DNA from: an uncultured Clostridia bacterium
GTDB lineage: Bacteria > Bacillota > Clostridia > TANB77 > CAG-508
Length of the DNA: 64,000 nucleotides
NCBI GenBank assembly: GCA_944389475.1
Contig: CALXMM010000002.1
Location: forward strand, 19,483 to 83,482
Reading direction: 5' to 3'
Positions within the stretch are counted from its first letter, which is position 1. Every line of letters starts with the position of its first letter. Under the pieces are notes generated by a model that saw nothing but the letters and a program-made list of their open reading frames with translations, ran no database searches and was not told the origin of the DNA. This document shows, piece by piece, positions 10,299 through 19,961 of the stretch. The position numbers were made by a program, and so were the translations under genes.

Positions 10299-11828
10299 AA
10301 AGATAAGCTAACGATGCTAATGATATTGGATGGATTTGGAGAAAACAGCAAATCAGAAGGAAATGCTGTTAAGCTTGCAAATACACCTAATATAGATAGA
10401 CTAATGAAAATATGGCCAACAACAGATATTCATGCAAGTGAATTAAGTGTAGGTCTTCCAGAAGGTCAAATGGGAAATTCAGAGGTAGGACACACAAATA
10501 TTGGTGCTGGTAGGATAGTTTATCAAGAATTAACTAAAATTACAAAATCAATAGAAGATGGAGATTTCTTTTCTATACCAGAATTAGTAGAAGCAATAGA
10601 AAATTGTAAAAAGAATCATTCTAAGTTACATGTTCTAGGTCTTGTATCAGATGGAGGAGTTCATGGTCATATTCGTCATTTGTTTGCAGTTCTAGAACTT
10701 GCAAAAAGAAAAGATTTCGAAGATGTTTATGTACATTGCTTTACAGATGGTAGAGATACACCACCTGCTTCAGGAGAAGGATATATAGCTAAACTAGAAG
10801 AAAAGATGAAGGAAAAAGGTGTAGGTAAAATTGCCACAATTTCAGGAAGATTTTATGCAATGGACAGGGATAAAAGATGGAACAGAGTTCAAAAAGCATA
10901 TGATGCAATGGTAAAAGGAGAAGGAATTAAAGCAACTAGTGCAATTGCAGCAGTAGAAAGTTCTTACCAAAAAGAAGTTTTTGATGAGTTTATCGAACCA
11001 ACAGTTATTTGTAATGGGGAAACACCTATTGCAACAATAGAAGATGGTGATTCTGTTATTTGCTTTAACTTTAGACCTGATAGAGCAAGAGAAATAACTA
11101 GAGCATTAGTAGATCCAGACTTTAATGAATTTGAAACAAAGAAAATGAATTTAGATTATGTATGCTTTACACAATATGATGCAACAATGCCAAATGTAAA
11201 AATTGCTTTTAAACCAGAAAGATTAGTAAATACATTTGGAGAATATGTAAGCAAAAAAGGTTTAAAACAATTAAGAATAGCAGAAACAGAAAAATATGCA
11301 CATGTAACATTTTTCTTTAATGGTGGAGAAGAAAAACAATATCCAGGAGAAGATAGAATTTTAGTACCTTCTCCAAAGGTAGAAACATATGATATGAAAC
11401 CAGAAATGAGTGCTATAGAGGTTACAGATAAAGTTGTTGATGCAATTAATTCTAAAAAATATGATACTATTATTTTGAATTATGCAAATCCAGACATGGT
11501 TGGACATACAGGAAATCTAGAAGCAGCTATTAAAGCAATAGAAACAATAGATACTTGTGTAAAAAGAGTAGTGGATGCAGTAGAAGCACAAGATGGAGTA
11601 GTAATTATTACAGCTGACCATGGAAATGCGGAACAAATGATAGATTATAAAACAGGTGAACCACATACAGCTCATACAACTAATTTAGTTCCTCTAATAC
11701 TAGTAGGAATGAAAGATGTAAAACTAAAAGAAGGTAAACTTGCAGATTTAGCACCAACAATGTTAGAAATTATGGGACTAGATAAACCAGCTGAAATGAC
11801 AGGAGAAAGTTTAATAGTAAAAGAATAA
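10299..11828 (+). CDS. gpmI: 2,3-bisphosphoglycerate-independent phosphoglycerate mutase
   Basis: It has LMILDGFG and ITADHGNAE. The start may instead be at 10284. Confidence 0.93.
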   Translation, partial: KDKLTMLMILDGFGENSKSEGNAVKLANTPNIDRLMKIWPTTDIHASELSVGLPEGQMGNSEVGHTNIGAGRIVYQELTKITKSIEDGDFFSIPELVEAIENCKKNHSKLHVLGLVSDGGVHGHIRHLFAVLELAKRKDFEDVYVHCFTDGRDTPPASGEGYIAKLEEKMKEKGVGKIATISGRFYAMDRDKRWNRVQKAYDAMVKGEGIKATSAIAAVESSYQKEVFDEFIEPTVICNGETPIATIEDGDSVICFNFRPDRAREITRALVDPDFNEFETKKMNLDYVCFTQYDATMPNVKIAFKPERLVNTFGEYVSKKGLKQLRIAETEKYAHVTFFFNGGEEKQYPGEDRILVPSPKVETYDMKPEMSAIEVTDKVVDAINSKKYDTIILNYANPDMVGHTGNLEAAIKAIETIDTCVKRVVDAVEAQDGVVIITADHGNAEQMIDYKTGEPHTAHTTNLVPLILVGMKDVKLKEGKLADLAPTMLEIMGLDKPAEMTGESLIVKE

Positions 11829-11861
11829 TTAAATTAATACTTATATGGGGGGAAAAATAAA

Positions 11862-12593
11862 GTGTCGACTTCGACTAGGATGAAAGAACTATATAAAGAC
11901 ATACAACATAGTCTATTTGACATGATACCAGAAAAATGGAATAAAATATTTTTGTATGCATCTGTAATTGATGGAAGAAATAATTTAGAAACTGGAGAAA
12001 TGTACTTTTATTATATTCCAAAAGGAATATTAAAAAGAGAGCCGGTAAATGTGTATGAAGTTCCAAATAAATTTAATTTGGATGAAAATGCATATTTTAA
12101 ATTGGCAGACAATTTGTATGGAATTATAAAAAAATTAAGAAAAGAATATATTTCTGTGAATGGGGCTTTATGGAGTTATGTTATTATTTCTATAGAAGAT
12201 TTTATGTTTCGAGTAGAATATAACTTCGAAAATTTAGCAAGCTCCCCATATAGTAATTATGATAGACATTTAGTTTTTAGATATAAATATTTAAAAACAG
12301 GTTTAAATGCATATAGCAAAAGAGAAAGACAAATGGTTTTAGATTATTTGAACCAAGAAGAAAAATCTGATAAAAAAGTAGATGTATATGAGGAATCATT
12401 ATATGCTACACCAAATAAAAACCTAGTTAATTTTGAAAAAGATGCACCAACAAAATCTAGAAGAGAAGAAAAGATGGAAGAAATATACGAACTGGAAAAA
12501 GATAGTGAGTTTTGGCCACACGATAAGAAATATATAATCGTAGAAAGCAAACCAAAAAATAAAAATCAAATTATAGATACTAATAAAGATTGA
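11862..12593 (+). CDS. DUF600/YezG-like (immunity-protein-like) domain protein with a charged C-terminal extension of about 90 aa
   Basis: The pattern IPEKW-KIFLY...YFYYIPKG...NG-LW...YKYL matches what I recall of the DUF600/YezG family. No adjacent LXG or YeeF toxin is present. Confidence 0.45.
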   Translation: MSTSTRMKELYKDIQHSLFDMIPEKWNKIFLYASVIDGRNNLETGEMYFYYIPKGILKREPVNVYEVPNKFNLDENAYFKLADNLYGIIKKLRKEYISVNGALWSYVIISIEDFMFRVEYNFENLASSPYSNYDRHLVFRYKYLKTGLNAYSKRERQMVLDYLNQEEKSDKKVDVYEESLYATPNKNLVNFEKDAPTKSRREEKMEEIYELEKDSEFWPHDKKYIIVESKPKNKNQIIDTNKD

Positions 12594-12607
12594 AAGGAGA
12601 AATAAAA

Positions 12608-13300
12608 ATGACATATTCAAAGGAATTAGAAGATATGTGCACGGTAGCAAAAGGAGTAAACCATGGACCAGCACCAATACCAGAAGAAGGAAAATGGGTA
12701 AAAGCAAAAGAAATAAAAGATATATCAGGTTTAACACATGGTATTGGTTGGTGTGCACCACAACAAGGAGCTTGTAAATTAACATTAAATGTAAAAGATG
12801 GAATTATTCAAGAAGCTTTAATCGAAACTATAGGATGTTCAGGAATGACACATTCAGCTGCTATGGCAGGCGAAATTTTAACAGGAAAAACAATATTGGA
12901 AGCTTTAAATACAGACTTAGTATGTGATGCAATAAATACTGCTATGAGAGAATTATTCCTACAAATAGTATATGGAAGAACACAAACAGCTTTCTCAGAA
13001 GGTGGACTTCCAGTAGGTTCTGGACTTGAAGATTTAGGAAAAGGACATACATCACAAGTTGGAACAATATATTCTAGTACATTAAAAGGACCAAGATATC
13101 TACAATTAACAGAAGGATACATAGTTGAATTAGGATTGGATAAAGATGACCAAATAATTGGTTATAAATATGTACATATGGGAAAAATGATGGATTACAT
13201 AAAAAGTGGAATGGATCCAATGAAAGCAATAGAAAAAGCATCAGGAACTTATGGAAGATTTGATGAAGCTGTTAAAACAATAGACCCAAGAGAAAAATAA
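12608..13300 (+). CDS. IscU/NifU-like putative Fe-S scaffold-like protein with an extra C-terminal region of about 100 aa
   Basis: The segment GWCAPQQGACKLTLNVKDGIIQEALIETIGCSGMTHSAAMAGEILTGKTILEAL parallels the IscU cysteine pattern. An AAAGGAG RBS lies 8 nt upstream of the ATG at 12608. Confidence 0.55.
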   Translation: MTYSKELEDMCTVAKGVNHGPAPIPEEGKWVKAKEIKDISGLTHGIGWCAPQQGACKLTLNVKDGIIQEALIETIGCSGMTHSAAMAGEILTGKTILEALNTDLVCDAINTAMRELFLQIVYGRTQTAFSEGGLPVGSGLEDLGKGHTSQVGTIYSSTLKGPRYLQLTEGYIVELGLDKDDQIIGYKYVHMGKMMDYIKSGMDPMKAIEKASGTYGRFDEAVKTIDPREK

Positions 13301-13351
13301 AATGATAGAAATTTATATTAAAAATGAGACTTAAGATAAGAAGGTAAAAAA

Positions 13352-13768
13352 ATGAATATTTATTTTTCAGGTTCAATATATGGTGGTAGACAAAAACTTG
13401 AAGCGTACAAAAAATTAATAAATGAACTAAAAAAATACGGAAATGTTTTGGATGAAGAAGTTGGCGATAATGATGTAATAGCAAATGAAAAATATACTTC
13501 AGATAATGATATTTTCGAAAATTTAGTAAAGAAAATTGATATAGCAGATTTAGTTTTTGCAGAAGTTACAGTACCATCATTAGGTGTTGGATATGAAATA
13601 GGTTATGCAGATAGTCATAATAAAAAAATAATATGTGTTTATGATAAAAACATAACGCCAAAAATTACAACTATGTTAAGAGGTAATAGTAGATTAAAAA
13701 TTATTCCATATATAGATTTAAATGAGATTATAAATAATTTGGAAAATATATTAAAGGAGGAAGATTAA
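13352..13768 (+). CDS. 2'-deoxynucleoside 5'-phosphate N-hydrolase (DNPH1/RCL) / nucleoside 2-deoxyribosyltransferase-family protein
   Basis: IYFSGSIYGGRQ...YGNVLDEEV and LVFAEVTVPSLGVGYEIGYA closely match the DNPH1 motifs IYFCGSIRGGRED and VVVAEVTQPSLGVGYELG. Confidence 0.7.
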   Translation: MNIYFSGSIYGGRQKLEAYKKLINELKKYGNVLDEEVGDNDVIANEKYTSDNDIFENLVKKIDIADLVFAEVTVPSLGVGYEIGYADSHNKKIICVYDKNITPKITTMLRGNSRLKIIPYIDLNEIINNLENILKEED

Positions 13769-14773
13769 ATGGCAGTAACATTCGAGAGCTATGAAAGAAG
13801 AATAGACCAAATCAAACCAGTAATGGAAAAATACGGAATAAAAGATTTTGAAGATGCATTAAAAATATGTACGGACAAAGGATTTAATCCATATGAAATC
13901 GTAAAGGGAGTTCAACCAATTTGTTTTGAAAACGCTTGTTGGGCGTACACATTAGGTGCTGCAATAGCAATAAAAAAAGGATGTACTAAAGCAGCAGATG
14001 CTGCAAAGGCAATAGGTGAAGGATTACAAGCTTTTTGTATACCAGGTTCAGTTGCTGATGATAGAAAAGTAGGATTGGGACATGGTAATTTAGCATCTAT
14101 GCTACTTTCTGAAGATACAAAATGCTTTGCATTTTTAGCTGGACATGAAAGCTTTGCAGCAGCAGAAGGAGCAATTGGTATTGCAAATTCAGCAAACAAA
14201 GTAAGAAAAACACCTCTAAGAGTTATTTTAAATGGTCTTGGAAAAGATGCAGCACAAATAATTTCTAGAGTAAATGGATTTACATATGTTAAAACAGATT
14301 TTGACTTTTTCAACAGCAAAGTAAATGTAGTAGAAGAAATTCCATATTCAAATGGAGAAAGAGCAAAAGTTAGATGTTATGGAGCAAATGATGTTAGAGA
14401 AGGTGTAGCTATAATGTGGTTAGAAGATGTTGATGTATCTATTACAGGTAACTCAACAAACCCAACTAGATTCCAACATCCAGTTGCAGGAACATACAAA
14501 AAAGAAAGATTAGCTGCAGGTAAAAAATATTTCTCTGTTGCTTCAGGAGGAGGAACAGGAAGAACATTACATCCAGATAACATGGCAGCAGGACCAGCTT
14601 CTTATGGTATGACAGATACAATGGGAAGAATGCACTCAGATGCACAATTTGCAGGAAGTTCATCTGTTCCAGCTCACGTTGAAATGATGGGATTAATAGG
14701 AATGGGTAACAACCCAATGGTTGGAGCTTCTGTAGCAGTTGCAGTTGCAGTAGAAGAGGCTATGAAAGCGTAA
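13769..14773 (+). CDS. GGGtGRT-family protein of uncharacterised function
   Basis: It contains the eponymous motif ASGGGTGRTLHPDNMAAGPASYGMTD. It starts 1 nt after the stop of the DNPH1-like gene, and its RBS (AAGGAGG) lies inside that gene's 3' end. Confidence 0.65.
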   Translation: MAVTFESYERRIDQIKPVMEKYGIKDFEDALKICTDKGFNPYEIVKGVQPICFENACWAYTLGAAIAIKKGCTKAADAAKAIGEGLQAFCIPGSVADDRKVGLGHGNLASMLLSEDTKCFAFLAGHESFAAAEGAIGIANSANKVRKTPLRVILNGLGKDAAQIISRVNGFTYVKTDFDFFNSKVNVVEEIPYSNGERAKVRCYGANDVREGVAIMWLEDVDVSITGNSTNPTRFQHPVAGTYKKERLAAGKKYFSVASGGGTGRTLHPDNMAAGPASYGMTDTMGRMHSDAQFAGSSSVPAHVEMMGLIGMGNNPMVGASVAVAVAVEEAMKA

Positions 14774-14935
14774 GATATGATAAATGTAATAATATAATAA
14801 TTAGCTGTTTTTGGTGAAATACTTTAAGAAGATTTATGAAAGGACTTCTAATAATATTAGAGGTTCTTTTATTATGTGGAAAAATCAAAGATTTTGGATA
14901 CATAATAAAAATAATTGTTTTAAATAAAATAAAAA

Positions 14936-14946
14936 TGTGTTATAAT
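14936..14946 (+). promoter_or_regulatory. Extended -10 promoter element (TGTGTTATAAT) upstream of the small ORF
   Basis: The motif is seen in the sequence, about 30 nt upstream of the ORF start. Confidence 0.4.
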
Positions 14947-14978
14947 AATTAAGTCCAATAATAAAGTAGAAAGGATGG

Positions 14979-15320
14979 TTGTCACACATGGAATCTAAAC
15001 TTATAATTAAGCGGTGTGATGATCTTGGACATGTTTATGTTTTCGAAATTATGGGCTATTGTCCAACACTTCTTGAAGTAGAATTCGAAAGAATGGCAGG
15101 TCGATTGGTTTCTGGTGATTGCTCTAATTTAGAAGGTGAATTGAAGGATTTCTGTAAATTCCAACGAAGAAATAATGGAATTAGGATTGACTTTCAAATC
15201 TTCGAATCGCCATACTCATTGGATGTAAATAACATTCATATGAATGAAAAAGGGCATACCACTAGAATAATTATTCGAGTGCGAAGGAGTATTATAAGGA
15301 TACTCAAAGAGCACCTTTAG
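14979..15320 (+). CDS. Small hypothetical protein (113 aa; start possibly the ATG at 14988)
   Basis: It has its own promoter and terminator, codon usage slightly GC-richer than the neighbouring genes, and cysteines. I recognise no family. Confidence 0.4.
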   Translation: MSHMESKLIIKRCDDLGHVYVFEIMGYCPTLLEVEFERMAGRLVSGDCSNLEGELKDFCKFQRRNNGIRIDFQIFESPYSLDVNNIHMNEKGHTTRIIIRVRRSIIRILKEHL

Positions 15321-15328
15321 CTAAAAAG

Positions 15329-15375
15329 TAGACAGAATACACTATCTTTTGGATAGATATTCTGTCTATTTTTTC
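15329..15375 (+). terminator. Rho-independent terminator
   Basis: The stem agacagaata...tattctgtct is followed by ATTTTTTC. Confidence 0.7.
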
Positions 15376-15467
15376 TTTAGTGGGATATATTTTCAAATAA
15401 TTGGTAATAATAATATAAATGGAGGTATAGTAAAAAGCGTTTTTATTGTACCTTAAAAGGGAAATGA

Positions 15468-16754
<1,287 letters not shown>

Positions 16755-16782
16755 GATATTTAGAAACTAAACTAAGAGTAGA

Positions 16783-16820
16783 GTCATTTTATTAATGGCT
16801 CTATTTACTTTTGTCGAAAA
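16783..16820 (+). terminator. Rho-independent terminator after eno
   Basis: An imperfect 10-bp stem, tagagtcatt/aatggctcta, is followed by a T-rich run. Confidence 0.5.
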
Positions 16821-16852
16821 TTGATATATTATACCCACAAGGAGGGGATGAT

Positions 16853-18871
16853 ATGAAAAATAAAAAAGTAATTGTTGGAATAATAATTGCAATAATATTA
16901 ATAGCAATAATTGCAGTAGTAATATTTTTTATTCTAAACAATAAAGGAAACCCAGAAGTAGCTTTAAAAGATTATTTCACAAAAATAAGTGAAAAAAATT
17001 ACGAAGAAGCATACAATTATTTAAGCAATTCAAGTAAAGACAAAATAGCAAAAGATACATTTGTAGACAAAAACAAATCAATATATAGTGGAATAGATAT
17101 GGCAGATTTAACTACAGATATTACAAATGTAGAAAAATCAAATGATGGAGAAAAAATTACATACACGCAAAAAATGAATAGTTCAGCAGGAGAAATTAGT
17201 TTTACAAACACAGCAACACTTGTAAAAGAGGATAAGGAATATAAACTTAATTGGTCAAATAGCATAATATATCCTGACTTAGGAGAAAATGATAAGGTAA
17301 GAGTAAAAACATTATCAGCAGAACGTGGAAATATTTATGATAGAAATAACACTCTTCTTGCTGGAAAGGGCAACATTTCATCAATTGGATTAGTTCCAGG
17401 AAAAATGAGCGAGAATAAAGATGAGGATATTCAAAAATTATCTACAATATTAGGAGTTTCAGTTGATTCTATAAATAATAAATTAGGCATGTCATATGTA
17501 AAAGATGATACTTTTGTGCCTATAAAAAATGTAACAACAACAGAAACGGATTTAAAAAATCAAGCTTTAACAATTCCAGGTGTAAAAATTACAACAGAAA
17601 GCTCTAGAGTATATCCTTTAGGAAGGGAAGCCTCACAAGTTTTAGGCTATGTTCAGGCAATAAGCGCAGAAGAACTAGAAGCCAATACTGGAAAAGGATA
17701 TAATAGCAATAGTGTAATTGGTAAGGCAGGAATAGAAAAAGCATACGAGGACACTTTAAGAGCTAAAGATGGAAAAGAAATATATATAGAAAATGAAAAT
17801 GGCGACAAAGTAAAAACAATAGCCAAAAAGGATATGGAAAATGGAAAAGATGTTAAATTAACAATAGATGCTAATACACAAAAACAAGTATATGACAGCT
17901 TAGAAGGAAATAAAGGTGTATATGTTGCTATGGATTCAAAAACAGGAGAGATTTTAGCATTAGTAAGTACACCTTCATATGATTCAAACGATTTTGTCCT
18001 AGGAATGAGTAATGATGAATGGAACTCATTAAATCAAGATGCAAACAAACCATTATTAAATAGATTCACACAAACTTGGTCACCAGGTTCAACATTCAAG
18101 CCAGTTACAGGTTCAATAGGAATAACAACAGGAAAGGTAGACCCTAATGAAGACTTTGGAAGAAGCGGACTTAGTTGGCAAAAAGATTCAAGCTGGGGAA
18201 ATTATATGGTTACAACTTTAACACCTTATAATGAATCTGCAAATATGCAAAATGCATTAATAAGGTCAGATAATATTTATTTTGCAAAAGCAGCATTAAA
18301 AATTGGTGCTAAAAGTTTCATGGAAGGACTTGATAAATTAGGATTTAATGAAGATATAAAATTTGAGCTTTCTTTAAACAAATCAACATATGATACAGAT
18401 GGAAAAATTGATGATGAGGTGCAACTTGCAGATAGTGGATATGGTCAAGGTCAAATACAAGTTAATCCAGTACATATGACATCAATCTATTCTGCTTTTG
18501 TAAATAACGGAAATATGATAAAACCTACTCTAATATATGAAGAAAATAAACAACCGGAAATTTTAAAAGAAAATGCAATATCAGAAGAGGCTGCAAATAC
18601 AATAAAAGAGGATTTAGTACAAGTTGTAGAAAATCCAAATGGAACAGCACATAATGCAAAAATTGATGGAGTAAGAATTGGAGCAAAAACAGGAACAGCA
18701 GAATTAAAAGCAAGTAAAGATGAAGAAGGAGAAGTCTTAGGATGGTTTAATGCCTTTACAGCTGATGAAAATGCAGAAAAACAATTAGTTGTAGTAAGTA
18801 TGATAGAAGATGCAAATTCAGTGGGCGGAAGTCATTATTTATTCCCTAAAGTAACACAATTATTTAAATAA
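16853..18871 (+). CDS. Class B penicillin-binding transpeptidase with an N-terminal membrane anchor and an NTF2/MecA_N-like domain
   Basis: It has the SxxK motif (STFKP), the SxN motif (SDN) and KTGT. An AGGAGG RBS precedes the ATG at 16853. Confidence 0.85.
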   Translation: MKNKKVIVGIIIAIILIAIIAVVIFFILNNKGNPEVALKDYFTKISEKNYEEAYNYLSNSSKDKIAKDTFVDKNKSIYSGIDMADLTTDITNVEKSNDGEKITYTQKMNSSAGEISFTNTATLVKEDKEYKLNWSNSIIYPDLGENDKVRVKTLSAERGNIYDRNNTLLAGKGNISSIGLVPGKMSENKDEDIQKLSTILGVSVDSINNKLGMSYVKDDTFVPIKNVTTTETDLKNQALTIPGVKITTESSRVYPLGREASQVLGYVQAISAEELEANTGKGYNSNSVIGKAGIEKAYEDTLRAKDGKEIYIENENGDKVKTIAKKDMENGKDVKLTIDANTQKQVYDSLEGNKGVYVAMDSKTGEILALVSTPSYDSNDFVLGMSNDEWNSLNQDANKPLLNRFTQTWSPGSTFKPVTGSIGITTGKVDPNEDFGRSGLSWQKDSSWGNYMVTTLTPYNESANMQNALIRSDNIYFAKAALKIGAKSFMEGLDKLGFNEDIKFELSLNKSTYDTDGKIDDEVQLADSGYGQGQIQVNPVHMTSIYSAFVNNGNMIKPTLIYEENKQPEILKENAISEEAANTIKEDLVQVVENPNGTAHNAKIDGVRIGAKTGTAELKASKDEEGEVLGWFNAFTADENAEKQLVVVSMIEDANSVGGSHYLFPKVTQLFK

Positions 18872-18944
18872 ACTTATAAAATATTGCAGAGTGTTGTTAT
18901 ATCATTATTAGAAATAAAAATTAGAAGATATGGGAGATGACTAT

Positions 18945-19544
18945 ATGTTTAAATATATGAAAGCATTTATTAATATTTTATGTTGCCACATCTTGTTTAG
19001 AGTTAAATACATAGGCTTGGAGAAAGTAGATAATAGTAAAAAATATATTATTTGCCCAAATCATTCAAATATATTTGACCCAACATATATTTTTCCATTA
19101 ATGGATAATTTATCTATAATGGCGAAGGTGGAAATATTTAAATATAAGATATTTGCTAAATTATTTACAAGATATAGAGTGTTTCCAGTTAATAGAAAGA
19201 TAAGAGATGTAGAAAGTACTTTGCATGCAATAGAATGTCTAAGTTATGAGGAAAATTCAAAGCTTTTAATATTTCCTGAGGGAGGAATATTAAAAAACGA
19301 AGAAGATTTAAGACACAAAGTAAAAAATGGTGCAGTATATATTTCGGCAGAAACAGGGGTAGAAATATTACCAGTCTTTATTACTCGAAGACCACATCTG
19401 TTTCAAAAAGTATATGTAGTATTTGGTGATACAATAAAAGTACCAACAGAAATAAAGGATGACAGACCTAAAATAAGGGAGTATTCTAAGAAAATGATAA
19501 ATACAATTTATGACTTGCAAGATGAGATACCAAAGAAGAGATAA
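18945..19544 (+). CDS. 1-acyl-sn-glycerol-3-phosphate acyltransferase family (PlsC-like) protein
   Basis: It has the acyltransferase HxxxxD motif (CPNHSNIFDP) and FPEGG. Confidence 0.7.
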   Translation: MFKYMKAFINILCCHILFRVKYIGLEKVDNSKKYIICPNHSNIFDPTYIFPLMDNLSIMAKVEIFKYKIFAKLFTRYRVFPVNRKIRDVESTLHAIECLSYEENSKLLIFPEGGILKNEEDLRHKVKNGAVYISAETGVEILPVFITRRPHLFQKVYVVFGDTIKVPTEIKDDRPKIREYSKKMINTIYDLQDEIPKKR

Positions 19545-19580
19545 TATTAAAAAAATAACAATAAAAATAGTTGAAAAAAA

Positions 19581-19615
19581 GCTAGATATGTATTATTATA
19601 TATCTAGCTTTTTGT
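19581..19615 (+). terminator. Rho-independent terminator
   Basis: The stem agctagatat...atatctagct is followed by TTTTTG. Confidence 0.65.
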
Positions 19616-19679
19616 GTTTGGAGCAATTATAATTGCGTAACTACATTGTGAATTATAATCAGTATAAAAGCGAAAATAT

Positions 19680-19753
19680 TCGGGTATGGCCAAGCGGTAA
19701 GGCAGTAGGCTCTGACCCTACGATCGTTAGTTCGAATCTAACTACCCGAACCA
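19680..19753 (+). tRNA. tRNA-Gln (anticodon CUG)
   Basis: It folds as a cloverleaf by hand: acceptor tcgggta/tacccga, D-arm gcc-aagcggtaa-ggc, anticodon stem gtagg/cctac with loop cuCUGac, T-arm gttag-ttcgaat-ctaac, and an encoded CCA. It resembles B. subtilis tRNA-Gln. Confidence 0.85.
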
Positions 19754-19756
19754 GAA

Positions 19757-19800
19757 AATGCCTTTGTATTGCTATTTTACAAGGGCATAAATTTTTTACA
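19757..19800 (+). terminator. Terminator after tRNA-Gln
   Basis: The stem atgcctttg...caagggcat is followed by AAATTTTTTAC. Confidence 0.55.
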
Positions 19801-19829
19801 AAAAACCGAACAAAATTTCGAAAAAAGTA

Positions 19830-19858
19830 TTGACAAAAATAAAAATAGAATATAAAAT
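19830..19858 (+). promoter_or_regulatory. Sigma-A-like promoter (TTGACA ... TATAAAAT)
   Basis: It has the -35 TTGACA and an AT-rich -10, and lies about 100 nt upstream of the CDS at 19962. Confidence 0.4.
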
Positions 19859-19961
19859 ACAATCATCAAAAGCAAACAAGAGTTCGAACAATATATTGCT
19901 TAGTAATTTAATAAATTAAAAGTTAATTAATATAAAAGCGAGATATTGAGGAGGTTTTATT

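Noticed and set aside
12344-12785. Antisense ORFs of 68 and 120 aa across the DUF600-like and IscU-like genes
   Set aside because: They are low-complexity hydrophobic shadow frames of AT-rich coding sequence on the opposite strand, and have no RBS.
19633-19862. 66- and 67-aa ORFs on both strands
   Set aside because: They overlap tRNA-Gln and its terminator and promoter.
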